The notes: a model not told the origin generated them from the sequence alone. DNA of 64,000 nucleotides from an uncultured delta proteobacterium (GCA_963699755.1 CAVOVB010000003.1:512001-576000), one strand, 5' to 3'. Positions 20,007-29,800 are shown, counted from the stretch's first letter. A program made the numbers and translations.

Positions 20007-20939
20007 ATGCGCGCTTGTAGACGTCTCGGCATCGCTGTGTTCGCCGTCGGCCTCGTGGCACTGACGGCTTGTGATACCGAGAAGCTCGCGGCGGATTCGA
20101 CCGCGGCGCTCTTCGGGCGAGCGGCTCCGGGCGTCGAGCAGCACTGGGACTACGAGCTCGTCGGCAAGTCGTTTCCAGCGAGCATCATCCAGCTCGAAGG
20201 CCTGCTGCGCGTCGTACCCGACAACGAGACGATCGGCCTGTCCTTGGTCGGCGCGTACATCGGTTACGGCACCGGGTGGATCGAAGACCGGGTCGAGGTT
20301 GCGGACATCGAGGACGACTGGGAAGAGGCCGACTACCTTCGACGCCGGGCTCTGGTCATGTACACCCGCGCATGGGATCTATCGAAGCACTTCCTGCGCC
20401 TCCGCGATCCGGGCTTTGACGAGGCGCTCAGGGGCGGGGTCGACACCCTCGAATCCTGGCTAAACGCGGTATTCGTCGAAAAAGCAGACGCGGCGATCTT
20501 GCTTTGGGCGGGGGCGTCGCTTGGCGCGCGAATCAACATGGGCATGGAGGACATGGACACCGTGGCGGACCTTCCGCTCGCGAAGGTGATTCTCAATCGC
20601 TCGGTCGAGCTAGACCCCGATTTCATGTTCATGATTGGTAAGATGACCATGGGCGTGTTGGCGGCTTCGGAGTTCCCACCCAACATGGATCGCGCCAAGC
20701 TGATCCTCGGCGAGGTGCTCGAACAGACGGAGCACCGCAATCTGATGGTCCAGCTGAACATGGCCCGCCACTACGCGGTGAACATCGGCGACCACGAGCT
20801 CTTCAAGGAGCTGCTGCAAGAGGTTCTCGATGCCGGCGACGTCCTTCCCGAGGCGCGCCTGTCGAACACGATCGCCCGGCGTCGCGCGGAGCGTTATCTC
20901 GGTCAAATCGAATTCTTCTTCAGCGACTTGAGCGAGTGA
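20007..20939 (+). CDS. TRAP transporter TatT-like (TPR) lipoprotein
   Basis: Lipobox LTAC; IIQLEGLLRVVPDN, RSVELDPDF, NTIARRRAERYL. Confidence 0.75.
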   Translation: MRACRRLGIAVFAVGLVALTACDTEKLAADSTAALFGRAAPGVEQHWDYELVGKSFPASIIQLEGLLRVVPDNETIGLSLVGAYIGYGTGWIEDRVEVADIEDDWEEADYLRRRALVMYTRAWDLSKHFLRLRDPGFDEALRGGVDTLESWLNAVFVEKADAAILLWAGASLGARINMGMEDMDTVADLPLAKVILNRSVELDPDFMFMIGKMTMGVLAASEFPPNMDRAKLILGEVLEQTEHRNLMVQLNMARHYAVNIGDHELFKELLQEVLDAGDVLPEARLSNTIARRRAERYLGQIEFFFSDLSE

Positions 20940-20958
20940 TTCTGAGCGGCGGGTAGCC

Positions 20959-21291
20959 ATGTTCATCGTCCTGAACACGCTCGTATCGGCGCTCGTCATC
21001 GGCGTCGCGGCGTGGCTTTCGCGGCGGTACCCAGCGGGTGCGGGCTTCCTCATCGCATTGCCCCTGGCGACGATGCTCGTCTTGCCGATGGCGTATCTGC
21101 AACACAGGGATCCGGGGAGCGCGTTTCAAACGGCACGGAGCATTCTGGTCGCGCTTCCGATCACGCTCCTGTTCTTCGTCCCGTTTCTGATGCGGGACCG
21201 CTTCTCGTTTTGGGGCGCGTACGCCCTGGGCTGCGCCCTCTTGCCCGTTGGTTACATCGTGCATCGCGCGATCATGCGGGCCCTCGGCTGA
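20959..21291 (+). CDS. Small 4-TM membrane protein (DUF3147-like)
   Basis: RRYPAGAGFLIALPL, four hydrophobic segments. Confidence 0.6.
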   Translation: MFIVLNTLVSALVIGVAAWLSRRYPAGAGFLIALPLATMLVLPMAYLQHRDPGSAFQTARSILVALPITLLFFVPFLMRDRFSFWGAYALGCALLPVGYIVHRAIMRALG

Positions 21292-22035
21292 CTAGAGCGC
21301 CGCGCCGCCGTGAACGTCGATGGTCTCGCCGGTGAAGTAGTCGCAGTCGAAGATGAACTTCACGGCCCGCCAGATGTCCTCGGGCTGACCCATCCGGCCG
21401 AGCGGCACCGAGGCCTTGATCATGTCGAGCGCCTTCTGGTTCATGTTGGCGGTCATCGAGGTTTCGGTGGCGCCCGGTGCGACCGCCCCAACACGAATGC
21501 CGTAGGGCGCGAACTCTTTCATCCAGGTGCGGGTGTTTGCGGCCAGGGCGGCCTTGGCCGCGACGTAATTAGTTTGACCGCGGTTTCCGTGACGGGCGAT
21601 CGACGAGATGTTCACGATGACGCCGGGCTCGTCGCGCGCGATCATGTGCGCCACGACCTCTTGGACCATCAGGGCAGCGCCGGTGAGGTTGATCGCGATG
21701 ACCAGGTCCCAGTCTTCCCGGGACATGCGTCGGATCTCTCCGGTCGTGCGGCTCTTGCCGACCCAGAGGCCATCGCGGATGATGCCAGCGTTGTTGATCA
21801 GGGCATTGAGCCCGCCCATCTGTTCCGCAGCCCAAGGAACGAAGCTCGCGATCTCCTCCTGGTTGGCGACGTTGAGCGTTCGACGGTGGATGCCTTCGGG
21901 GAGGGCGGCCAGGCCTTCCTCGTTGACGTCGCCCACGGCGACCTCGGCGCCCGCAGCGAGAAGTTGTTTGGCAAAGTGCTCTCCGAGCCCGGAGGCGCCG
22001 CCGGTGACGATGACTTTGAGTTTCTCGAGCTCCAT
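21292..22035 (-). CDS. SDR family oxidoreductase (FabG-like)
   Basis: TGGASGLG, NNAGI, YVAAK catalytic motif. Confidence 0.92.
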   Translation of the reverse strand: MELEKLKVIVTGGASGLGEHFAKQLLAAGAEVAVGDVNEEGLAALPEGIHRRTLNVANQEEIASFVPWAAEQMGGLNALINNAGIIRDGLWVGKSRTTGEIRRMSREDWDLVIAINLTGAALMVQEVVAHMIARDEPGVIVNISSIARHGNRGQTNYVAAKAALAANTRTWMKEFAPYGIRVGAVAPGATETSMTANMNQKALDMIKASVPLGRMGQPEDIWRAVKFIFDCDYFTGETIDVHGGAAL

Positions 22036-22084
22036 GGAGGCGCTTCCTACTCGCTGAGGCCGCTCGGGTGCAAGCCGGTCGGCC

Positions 22085-22909
22085 CTAGAAACGACCGCCG
22101 AAGGACAAACCAGCGCCCTTCCTCGACACCGACGGGGCGAGCCTCCAGCTGAACTCGTGCCTCGGCATGGGCATCTTGCGGCTGTTGTAGTCGCTCCAGG
22201 CCTTCTCGCTCGGTGTGTTGCGGAATGACGCTGCAAAGGTGCCGAGCCCGACGAAGATGAAGAGGCCGCCCGAGACGTAGCCCGCCGCCCGATCGGCTCT
22301 GGCCCCGGAGTCGGGAATCGGCGTAAACGCGATCACCAAAACGCCGGCAAGCGCATTGGTCAAACCGCCCCAACGAACCAAGAGCCGCTCTCCTTCACGA
22401 AGCTCGCGTGCGGCCTGGAGCTCGCCTTCGAAATGGGCGAGCTCGACCGCGGTGATGCCCTCTTTGCGCGCCTCCTCCCAACGTTCGAGTCGGCGCTTTT
22501 CATGGGGGATACGGGTGAGGGCGTAGATGCCGGTGGTCAGATTGGCCATGCCGAGGGTCATGAACATGACGCCCAGGCCGCGAGAGTGCTGGCTCGGGGG
22601 CTCGTCTTCGATGAGGCGCCACGCGCTGAGGCCCAGCATGATCATGCCTCCGGTGATTCCCGCCGCGCCGGCAAACTTCTGTTCGCGGGCCGTCTGCTCG
22701 GTCGATCGCGCCAGCAGCTCGTCTAGAAGCTCTGCGTTGTATGCAAGGGCGTCGCGGTCGAAGAGATCGGGCTCTTGCGTGATCACGTCGGCGCCGGCTG
22801 GGACGTCCGCGTTGGCGTCCTGATTTTCGTCTTGCCCGGCTACCGTCGCCGGGGATAGCGCGAGGGCAAGCAACGCGAGAGCTGGAATCGAGGCCAGGGT
22901 TGGTCGCAT
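22085..22909 (-). CDS. Hypothetical exported membrane protein
   Basis: Signal peptide, two hydrophobic hairpins, C-terminal GAGLSFGGRF strand. Confidence 0.6.
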   Translation of the reverse strand: MRPTLASIPALALLALALSPATVAGQDENQDANADVPAGADVITQEPDLFDRDALAYNAELLDELLARSTEQTAREQKFAGAAGITGGMIMLGLSAWRLIEDEPPSQHSRGLGVMFMTLGMANLTTGIYALTRIPHEKRRLERWEEARKEGITAVELAHFEGELQAARELREGERLLVRWGGLTNALAGVLVIAFTPIPDSGARADRAAGYVSGGLFIFVGLGTFAASFRNTPSEKAWSDYNSRKMPMPRHEFSWRLAPSVSRKGAGLSFGGRF

Positions 22910-22952
22910 GAGCGTCGGCCCTGGATAGCAGTGAGGGTCTGCCGCCGCCAAC

Positions 22953-23780
22953 TCAGCGCTTCTTGCGGTTTTGAAGGAACTGCTTGTGAGCCTGACTCAG
23001 CGAGTCATAGAAGCGCTGCGGGGCCGTTCGCTTGAGGCGCCAGGCCATCCGGCCTTCACGCATCGGCTGCACGTAGAGCTTCCCATCGCGCACCGAATCG
23101 ATGGCTGCCTTTGCGACGCCCGGCGCTTGCACTTTGGAGCGCTCCATCCAGCGGATCACCTGCGCATCTTCTTTCTTCGTGGTGGCCCCCCGTATCGCGC
23201 CGATGATGTTCGTTCGGAAGAACGTTGGGCATACGACCGCGACGCGGATACCTCGAGTCTTGTACTCCGCGTACAGGGTTTCGCTGAGCGAAACGACGCC
23301 CGCCTTCGTCACGTTGTAAGCGGACATGCTGGGCGGGGCCAAAAGGCCTGCTGCGGAGGCGATGTTGACCACGTATCCGTGCCCCTGCGCGCGCATCTTG
23401 GGAATCGCGGCCTGGCAACCATAGATCACGCCCCAAAGATTGATGTCGACCGCCCAGCGCCAGTCCTCGATCGAGATCTCGTCGAAGGGTCCGCCGACCG
23501 CAACCCCGGCGTTGTTGGCGATCAGGTCGATTCCGCCGAGCCGCATCTCGGTCTCCTCGACGAGGGAGAACACCGAGTCCCGATCGGTGACGTCGCATCG
23601 AATCGCTTCGGCCTGCGCCCCTTGGCCCCGCACGAGCGCGGCGGTCTCTTGTGCCGAAGACTCGACGATGTCGGAGATCATCAGAGAGGCGCCCCGGCCG
23701 GCGAGGTCGAGCGCCAATGCGCGGCCGAGGCCACTTCCGGCACCAGTGATGACCGCACGCAGCGGTTTCGGGAAAGACAT
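22953..23780 (-). CDS. SDR family oxidoreductase
   Basis: TGAGSGLG, NNAGV, YNVTK. Confidence 0.92.
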   Translation of the reverse strand: MSFPKPLRAVITGAGSGLGRALALDLAGRGASLMISDIVESSAQETAALVRGQGAQAEAIRCDVTDRDSVFSLVEETEMRLGGIDLIANNAGVAVGGPFDEISIEDWRWAVDINLWGVIYGCQAAIPKMRAQGHGYVVNIASAAGLLAPPSMSAYNVTKAGVVSLSETLYAEYKTRGIRVAVVCPTFFRTNIIGAIRGATTKKEDAQVIRWMERSKVQAPGVAKAAIDSVRDGKLYVQPMREGRMAWRLKRTAPQRFYDSLSQAHKQFLQNRKKR

Positions 23781-23901
23781 GAGTGGAGGGAAGCGCCGAA
23801 CCCTAGCTGCGTCAAGGTGCTTGCCAAAGGCCCGTCCGGTCGCCGCGCGCAAACCCTTCTGATCATGCGGTCGACTCGGTCCCTCGTCCCTGGGTTAAAT
23901 G

Positions 23902-23930
23902 AAAAGGGCGCCCCGAAGGACGCCCTTTTT
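23902..23930 (-). terminator. Intrinsic terminator (probably bidirectional)
   Basis: Minus strand AAAAA-GGGCGTCC-TTCG-GGGCGCCC-TTTT, 28 nt after stop at 23959. Confidence 0.85.
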
Positions 23931-23958
23931 GCCTATGCAACAGTCGACCGGACTACTA

Positions 23959-24450
23959 CTACTTCTTCTTCTTCTTTCCGTTGTCCGTGCTGTTGCTCGC
24001 CTCGTCGTCGATACACGTGCCGCCTTCTGGGCAGGACGCGTCGGCTTCGCCGTTCGGGCCACCCTTGCCCTGGCCTGGGTTGCTAGAGTCAACACCATCC
24101 TCGTTGTTGCCGTGGCCATTGTTGCTCTTGCCCGAGTCGCCACCGGAGTCCCCGCCGCCAGCAGAGGCCCCTCCACCGGAGTCCCCAGCGGCGTCCCCGC
24201 CTCCGGAGTCGTCATTGGAGTCTCCCCCACCGGAGTCCCCTTTGGAGTCCCCGCCACCGGAGTCCCCTTTGGAGTCCCCGCCACCGTCGTTCTCCCATTC
24301 GCTCGCCTCTGGGGCTGCCGAATGGACGCGGTTTCCGAGATCGTCGGCGAGTAAGAACATAGAAAATGGGCTCGCGTTGGCCTCGATGAGCCCCAAAAAG
24401 CTCACCACCGCTGCGAGTCCAAGACCGATTGTCAAACGCGAGATTTTCAT
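23959..24450 (-). CDS. Secreted low-complexity Gly/Asp/Ser-repeat protein
   Basis: SD GAGGTG, signal peptide MKISRL..ANA, GGGDSKGDS repeats, NNGHGNNEDGVDSSNPG motif, strong terminator. Confidence 0.7.
   Translation of the reverse strand: MKISRLTIGLGLAAVVSFLGLIEANASPFSMFLLADDLGNRVHSAAPEASEWENDGGGDSKGDSGGGDSKGDSGGGDSNDDSGGGDAAGDSGGGASAGGGDSGGDSGKSNNGHGNNEDGVDSSNPGQGKGGPNGEADASCPEGGTCIDDEASNSTDNGKKKKK
24139..24286. repeat. Imperfect 27-bp coding tandem repeat (GGGDSxGDS)
   Basis: CCACCGGAGTCCCCTTTGGAGTCCCCG unit with degenerate neighbouring copies. Confidence 0.8.
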
Positions 24451-24527
24451 CTTTGGCACCTCTTTCGAATTCCAGTATAAGAAAAAAATTACAGTCCTCA
24501 AGTGGGGTATGTTACTGATTCTTCGTT

Positions 24528-24935
24528 TTATCGCGGGCTACTGGCTCCAATGATGTCCTTGAAGGCGTCGCCATCGATGTTGCCGGATGCGATGCAGTAC
24601 CAGGAGCGCGGACCGTCGTCCTGGATGAGTCGGAAGTTGTACCGACGTCCTTGGATCTCGGTTGCAGAGATGCGCTGGCCACCTTCGACCCGAAAGCCAA
24701 GTGCATCGAAGGTGCCGGCATACTTGCCTCGCGTCAGCAAGTGCTCGCGCTGAGCCGCCGCGAGCGCTCGAAACGTCATCACCGCTTCGGGACGCTTCGC
24801 GCGGGCCACGTACTGCTGATACCGATTGAGGCCAACGGATGCCAGGACCGAGATGATCACGGTCACGATCATCACGTCGAGCAAGGTATAGCCGCTTCGC
24901 CGCGCCCGCACTTGTGTTGCTTGCTTTCCGCTCAT
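24528..24935 (-). CDS. Type IV pilin-like protein (PilE/PilA-like)
   Basis: [24 protein letters not shown] prepilin leader, [21 protein letters not shown]. Confidence 0.85.
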   Translation of the reverse strand: MSGKQATQVRARRSGYTLLDVMIVTVIISVLASVGLNRYQQYVARAKRPEAVMTFRALAAAQREHLLTRGKYAGTFDALGFRVEGGQRISATEIQGRRYNFRLIQDDGPRSWYCIASGNIDGDAFKDIIGASSPR

Positions 24936-26176
24936 TTTCGCTCCTCCCCGTGGAGCCCTCCGTAAACGATGGTCTTGTCTTCCCAGTGCTGCGCGACGAC
25001 AGCGTCCCCCCGATGAAGGAAGCCGTCGCGGGCTCCCCAGCGCTTCTCCGCCGCCGAGAACAAAGTCTCCACTTCTTCGCGACGGCGCTCTTCCGACAGG
25101 AGCTCCCAGGACTCCTCCACCTGAGCGAATAGTACCGGCGGCTTGGACTCCGAAACCGAGGCTTCGGTGATGAAGCTCGAGAGGTCGCTTACGTCCTCCC
25201 GGCTGAGCGCCCGAAGCCCTCCTGAGTTGCCGAGATGCTCGCTGGCGAGAAAGAAGAGGCCAGCCAGCGCGACCGCGACACCAATCCCACGAGACAAGCG
25301 TTTCGCGCGCATTGGATCCACGACGAAGGTGGGCTTTGGCGCCGGAGTTTTCGGGACGACGGTTTCGGGCGCGGCCATGCGTTCCGGTTCCGTTGGCGCA
25401 TCGGGAACAACGCTTAGCAGGCCCGTGTTCCGATCCACGACGTCCGGATGCTCCATACCGACCTTGAGGTGCTCACGGTACTGACTCAGATCGAATAGCA
25501 GCTCGTCGATGAACTGGTATCGACTCGAGGGATCGTGGCAGGTCGCCTTGCGGACGATGCGGACGATGCCGGCAGGATAACTCCCGAGCTCTTCGAGCTT
25601 TGGAATGTCGCGTGCTTCCCGCGGTGGATCCCCGCCGGCGACCACGAAGTAGAGGAGGCGTCCAAGTGAGTAGATGTCCGAGCGCGTGTCGATGAGTCGC
25701 TGACTCGCGGTTTCAGGCGGTACGTACGGACCGCTTCGGGGAGCGATCCGGGGGCCCAAGAAGAACGGCTTGAGCTGGTCGTCGACCGGGATGTACTTCG
25801 GCGAAATCGTGCCCACCGGAACGTCGGTCGCATGGAAGCGCGCGACGATGCCTGCGACCGCAGTGAAATGCCGTAGCCGCTCATCGAGACGCCACGAGCT
25901 CCACGGCAAATCGCGGAAGATACCCTTGGGCGCCGGTGTCGCGAGAATCACGTAGGCGTCTTGCTTGACGATTTCGATTCCGGACGCGTCGGCGTAGCGC
26001 GGGATGTTTTGGAAATTGAGCTTCTGCCCGTCGGTGGTGACCGCTTGCAGGACGATGACCGAGACCTCCCGGTCCTCGCGATCCAGACCGCTATGCACGA
26101 CGATACCAGGCGCGCGGAAGATGGGCTTCCCCACCAGCACACCTGCCACGAAGGCATTGGTTGCAGTTTCTTGCAT
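24932..26176 (-). CDS. Membrane-anchored Ser/Thr kinase-like protein, probably inactive
   Basis: C-lobe motifs [22 protein letters not shown] retained; HRD and DFG absent; one TM helix; start uncertain. Confidence 0.65.
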   Translation of the reverse strand: MQETATNAFVAGVLVGKPIFRAPGIVVHSGLDREDREVSVIVLQAVTTDGQKLNFQNIPRYADASGIEIVKQDAYVILATPAPKGIFRDLPWSSWRLDERLRHFTAVAGIVARFHATDVPVGTISPKYIPVDDQLKPFFLGPRIAPRSGPYVPPETASQRLIDTRSDIYSLGRLLYFVVAGGDPPREARDIPKLEELGSYPAGIVRIVRKATCHDPSSRYQFIDELLFDLSQYREHLKVGMEHPDVVDRNTGLLSVVPDAPTEPERMAAPETVVPKTPAPKPTFVVDPMRAKRLSRGIGVAVALAGLFFLASEHLGNSGGLRALSREDVSDLSSFITEASVSESKPPVLFAQVEESWELLSEERRREEVETLFSAAEKRWGARDGFLHRGDAVVAQHWEDKTIVYGGLHGEERK

Positions 26177-26286
26177 GACTTGCAGTATAGGTGCGGAAAT
26201 ACAGTTTAGCCACACTTCAAGTGCCGAGATGGAAAGTTCGACCATGCTGTAACTCCGGGGCGAAGGTGTCGTATCCTCCGCGGGTC

Positions 26287-27651
26287 ATGCGGATCGTCAT
26301 CATCGGCAACGGCGTCGCGGGCATGGAGGCGGCCCTGGCGGTCCGCGCCAGGGAGCCGAGCTGGGAGCTCTGCCTGGTTTCCGAGGAGAGCGACCACTTC
26401 TTTTCGCGCACGGCGTTGATGTGGGTGTTCAGCGGCCAGATGAGTCATCGGGACATCGAGCCCTTGGAGCGAGATGCGTACGAGAGACTTGGGTTTCGAA
26501 GGGTCCGAGCGCGGGTGATTGGAATCGATACAGTCAAACGGCTCGTCTCCTTGGCTGGGAATCACGAGCCAGTCCCCTACGACCGTTTGCTGATCTGTTC
26601 GGGCTCCGCTCCGCGCCCTGGGCCCTGGCCTGGAAGTGACGCAGCCGGTGTGGGCCATTTCGTCACCTTGCAGGACCTCGCCTGGTATGAGCGCGAGGTC
26701 CACGGCGGGACCTCTCATGGCGGCGGGCCCCCGAGGCCCGAAGAGCATCTGGCCGCGACGGCGAACGATTCGCCTTATCGGTTTCGTGAGGTCGCAGCGG
26801 AGCGTCGCGGCCGGCCCGCCCAACGGCCAGCGGTCATCGGCGGGGGGCTCATCGGAATCGAGGCGGTGGAGGTCGCCCTGACTGCCGGCCTTCGGCCCCG
26901 GTTCTTCATCCGCGAGGAGTGGTTCTGGCCGATCGCGTTGGAGCCTCGCGAAGCGGCATGGATCGCCGACCGCATGAGGCAGCACGGGATCGAGGTGCAC
27001 CTCGAGCACGAGGTGGAAGCGCTCGAGGTCCAAGCCGACGGCAACGTCGCGGCAGTGCGCACCAACGAGGGGCGATACGAAGCCGACTGCGCCGTGATCG
27101 CGATTGGAGTCGTCCCGAACACGTCCTGGTTGGCCAACTCGGCGATCGAGCTCGACGAGCACGGCGGCATCGTGGTCGACGAAGGTTTACAGACGAGCGC
27201 AGTGGACGTGTTCGCCGCCGGCGACTGCGCGTCGGTACGCTGGTTCGACGGCACCCGCCGGCCCGAGCAGCTCTGGTACACCGCGCGCGATCAAGGCCGT
27301 GTGGCGGGGCGACGGCTCTTGGGTGACTCGCTGCGCTACGAGCGGGGAGCCTGGTACAACTCCGCCAAGCTGATGGACATCGAGTACACGACCGCGGGCC
27401 TGGTGAACTGGAATCTCGATGACGAGAAGAACTGGTTTTTCGAGGAAGACGGCAAGGTGCGCAGCACCACCCGGGTCGTCACGCAGAACGACCGTGTCGT
27501 CGGGTTCAACATGTTGGGTCGGCGCTGGGATCACAGCGTGCTCATTCGATGGATTGAAGAGAAGCGAAGCCTCGACTGGGTGCTTGGTCACCTTACCGAA
27601 GCCGCGTTCGATACGGAGCTCGTGCCGCCGCTGCGCATTCGGGGAGCATGA
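26287..27651 (+). CDS. NAD(P)/FAD-dependent oxidoreductase (pyridine nucleotide-disulfide family)
   Basis: IIGNGVAG, IGGGLIGIE, VFAAGDC. Confidence 0.9.
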   Translation: MRIVIIGNGVAGMEAALAVRAREPSWELCLVSEESDHFFSRTALMWVFSGQMSHRDIEPLERDAYERLGFRRVRARVIGIDTVKRLVSLAGNHEPVPYDRLLICSGSAPRPGPWPGSDAAGVGHFVTLQDLAWYEREVHGGTSHGGGPPRPEEHLAATANDSPYRFREVAAERRGRPAQRPAVIGGGLIGIEAVEVALTAGLRPRFFIREEWFWPIALEPREAAWIADRMRQHGIEVHLEHEVEALEVQADGNVAAVRTNEGRYEADCAVIAIGVVPNTSWLANSAIELDEHGGIVVDEGLQTSAVDVFAAGDCASVRWFDGTRRPEQLWYTARDQGRVAGRRLLGDSLRYERGAWYNSAKLMDIEYTTAGLVNWNLDDEKNWFFEEDGKVRSTTRVVTQNDRVVGFNMLGRRWDHSVLIRWIEEKRSLDWVLGHLTEAAFDTELVPPLRIRGA

Positions 27652-27652
27652 C

Positions 27653-28783
27653 ATGGACCAGCAAGGGCAAAACGGACTCCTGACGACCTATCGCGAGGGC
27701 TGGCGCAATCGGAACGTCGTCGGGCTCGTAGTCTCCCTGCTGCTGGTCGCGTTTTACGTCGTTTTGTACTGGGAGCACAAGGTCGAAGAGAAGCTCGGCG
27801 TCGCTCCGTTGACTGCGTTGTCCGAAGCGCTCGGCTTGCGCAATCGCTGGTACCTCTACGGCTTCCTCTATGCGGTCGCGATGATCGCGGGCGCCATCTA
27901 CTACCTTCGGCGCCACGGCAACAGCCGCTACAACCGATTTCGAATCACGGTGAACGTCGCGATTCAAGTTGCGCTGGGGTTCACGCTTCCGTTCATCATG
28001 CCCCTCTTTGGCGGCGAGGAAGTCTATTTGTCGTACTTCTGGCCGCTCAAGTACGACTACCTGTATCCGCAAACGCTCGCCGATCTTCCTTTGTATTTCT
28101 CTCTTTACACCGTCGTGGGCTCCCTCATCGCCGCGCCGGTCTTGGCCGTGCTTTACGGCAAACGTTGGTACTGCTCCTGGGTCTGCGGTTGTGGGGGCCT
28201 CGCCAATACGTTTGGTGACCCATGGAGACATTTGACGAGCAAATCGACCAAGTCCTGGCGCTTCGAGCACCTGAGCATTCACCTGGTGTTGCTCCTTGCG
28301 ATCGCGACGACCTTGCTGATCGGCCTGGACTGGCTGATCGGCAGCGAGCACCCGACGTTTCATCGGATCGTTTCGGGGAACGACTGGAGGGATTGGTCGA
28401 TCAAGAGCTTCTACGGATTCGCGGTCGGCTCGATCTTGGCCGGCGTGATCGGGACTGGCCTCTATCCGCTTTTTGGTCCGCGAGTCTGGTGCCGTAACTT
28501 CTGCCCGATGGCTGCCATTCTCGGCTGGGTTCAGAAAGTGGGACGGTATCGAATCAAGGTAAAGCCGGGGATGTGCATCTCCTGCGGCAACTGCAGCACC
28601 TATTGCGAGATGGGTATCGATGTTCGCTCCTATGCGCAGGCCGACCAGAGCTTCACTCGTGCATCTTGTGTGGGCTGCGGAATGTGCGCGCACATGTGTC
28701 CACGCGGCGTCCTCAAGCTCGAGAACAGCTGGGACCGGGCGGAGGACAAGGAGCGTCAACGACTTGCCGTCGTCGATTTCTAG
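27653..28783 (+). CDS. Membrane-bound 4Fe-4S binding protein (NapH/RdxA-like)
   Basis: Multiple TMs, CSWVCGCG, CRNFCP, two CxxCxxCxxxC ferredoxin motifs. Confidence 0.88.
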   Translation: MDQQGQNGLLTTYREGWRNRNVVGLVVSLLLVAFYVVLYWEHKVEEKLGVAPLTALSEALGLRNRWYLYGFLYAVAMIAGAIYYLRRHGNSRYNRFRITVNVAIQVALGFTLPFIMPLFGGEEVYLSYFWPLKYDYLYPQTLADLPLYFSLYTVVGSLIAAPVLAVLYGKRWYCSWVCGCGGLANTFGDPWRHLTSKSTKSWRFEHLSIHLVLLLAIATTLLIGLDWLIGSEHPTFHRIVSGNDWRDWSIKSFYGFAVGSILAGVIGTGLYPLFGPRVWCRNFCPMAAILGWVQKVGRYRIKVKPGMCISCGNCSTYCEMGIDVRSYAQADQSFTRASCVGCGMCAHMCPRGVLKLENSWDRAEDKERQRLAVVDF

Positions 28784-28786
28784 CGC

Positions 28787-29299
28787 TCAGCCGAACGCGC
28801 GGGTCCAGGCGCGGAAGACCTCATCCGAGAAGAGCACGAAACGGATTCGCTCGAGGCCCCAGGCTCGCTCTCCTACGACCTCGGCCGCGATCGCCGCGGC
28901 GTCTCCGACGGGGTAACCGTAGACACCGCAGGAGATGGCGGGAAAGGCAATCGTTCGGAGCCCATGCGCGACGGCCAAGCCGAGCGACGAGCGGAACGCG
29001 GCCGCCAAGAGCTCGGCATCGCGAGGTCGTCCAGCGTACACAGGACCCACCGTGTGAATGACATGGCGCGCCGGAAGCTCGAATCCGGCAGTGATCCTCG
29101 CTTCGCCCGCGGGACAGCGGACACCTGGCTGGACTTCGGGAATGGCGCGGCACGCTTCGCGGAGCGCGGGGCCTGCGGCTCGATGAATCGCGCCATCGAC
29201 GCCACCGCCACCGAGCAACTTCTGATTGGCGGCGTTGACGATCGCATCGACCGCTTCTCGAGTGAGATCGCCCTGAAGGATCTGGACTCTGGAGGTCAT
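28787..29299 (-). CDS. Macro-domain O-acetyl-ADP-ribose deacetylase (YmdB-like)
   Basis: GDLT, AIVNAAN, GGGVDGAIHRAAG, HTVGP, AISCGVYGYP. Confidence 0.93.
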   Translation of the reverse strand: MTSRVQILQGDLTREAVDAIVNAANQKLLGGGGVDGAIHRAAGPALREACRAIPEVQPGVRCPAGEARITAGFELPARHVIHTVGPVYAGRPRDAELLAAAFRSSLGLAVAHGLRTIAFPAISCGVYGYPVGDAAAIAAEVVGERAWGLERIRFVLFSDEVFRAWTRAFG

Positions 29300-29727
29300 C
29301 AGGGACCGTCCTCTGGGCGGAGCGAGGGAGCGGGCCTGCCCATGAGCTTCTCGAAGGTGGCGGCTCCGAGCGCGTCGGCCATGAGCCCGTCCAGGCGCAG
29401 CTCCACTGCCTCCTTTTCCTGGGGCGAATCATACACGAAAGCGATTCCCATCCCCGCAGGGCGGTCGCTACCGGCCTGCTTGGCATCCACGACCCATCGG
29501 ACGACGCCCCGGAGCAGGATCGGGGGTTCGAGCTGTGGCGCCCGAATCGTGAAGCAGATCGCCGTTCCGACCTGCAGGGGACGGTCGGTTCGGATGAAGG
29601 TCCCACCTTGGCTGATGTTGTGGGTGTAGTCGGACAGGAGGGTGTTGAGGCGCTCGTATTCCACGGGCAATTCGAGCGGAGCCCGACCCGATTCCCGACG
29701 CTCGCTGCTTTCCTCAGGCATACCCAT
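29299..29727 (-). CDS. PilZ-domain protein (TIGR02266-like)
   Basis: ERRESGR (RxxxR), NISQGGTFIRT, GVVRWV, GMGIAF. Confidence 0.85.
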   Translation of the reverse strand: MGMPEESSERRESGRAPLELPVEYERLNTLLSDYTHNISQGGTFIRTDRPLQVGTAICFTIRAPQLEPPILLRGVVRWVVDAKQAGSDRPAGMGIAFVYDSPQEKEAVELRLDGLMADALGAATFEKLMGRPAPSLRPEDGP

Positions 29728-29771
29728 GCCGAGGTTAGATGGCCCGGGCGCCAGCGGCAACAACAGGTCGC

Positions 29772-29800
29772 TTGACGGCGAATCGGCCACTGCCTAATCT
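29772..29800 (+). promoter_or_regulatory. Sigma70 promoter of S1-domain gene (TTGACG-N17-TAATCT)
   Basis: Near-consensus hexamers, exact spacing. Confidence 0.65.

Noticed and set aside
24139..24286. Short repeats as a possible CRISPR array
   Set aside because: Tandem in-frame coding repeats without unique spacers; no cas genes
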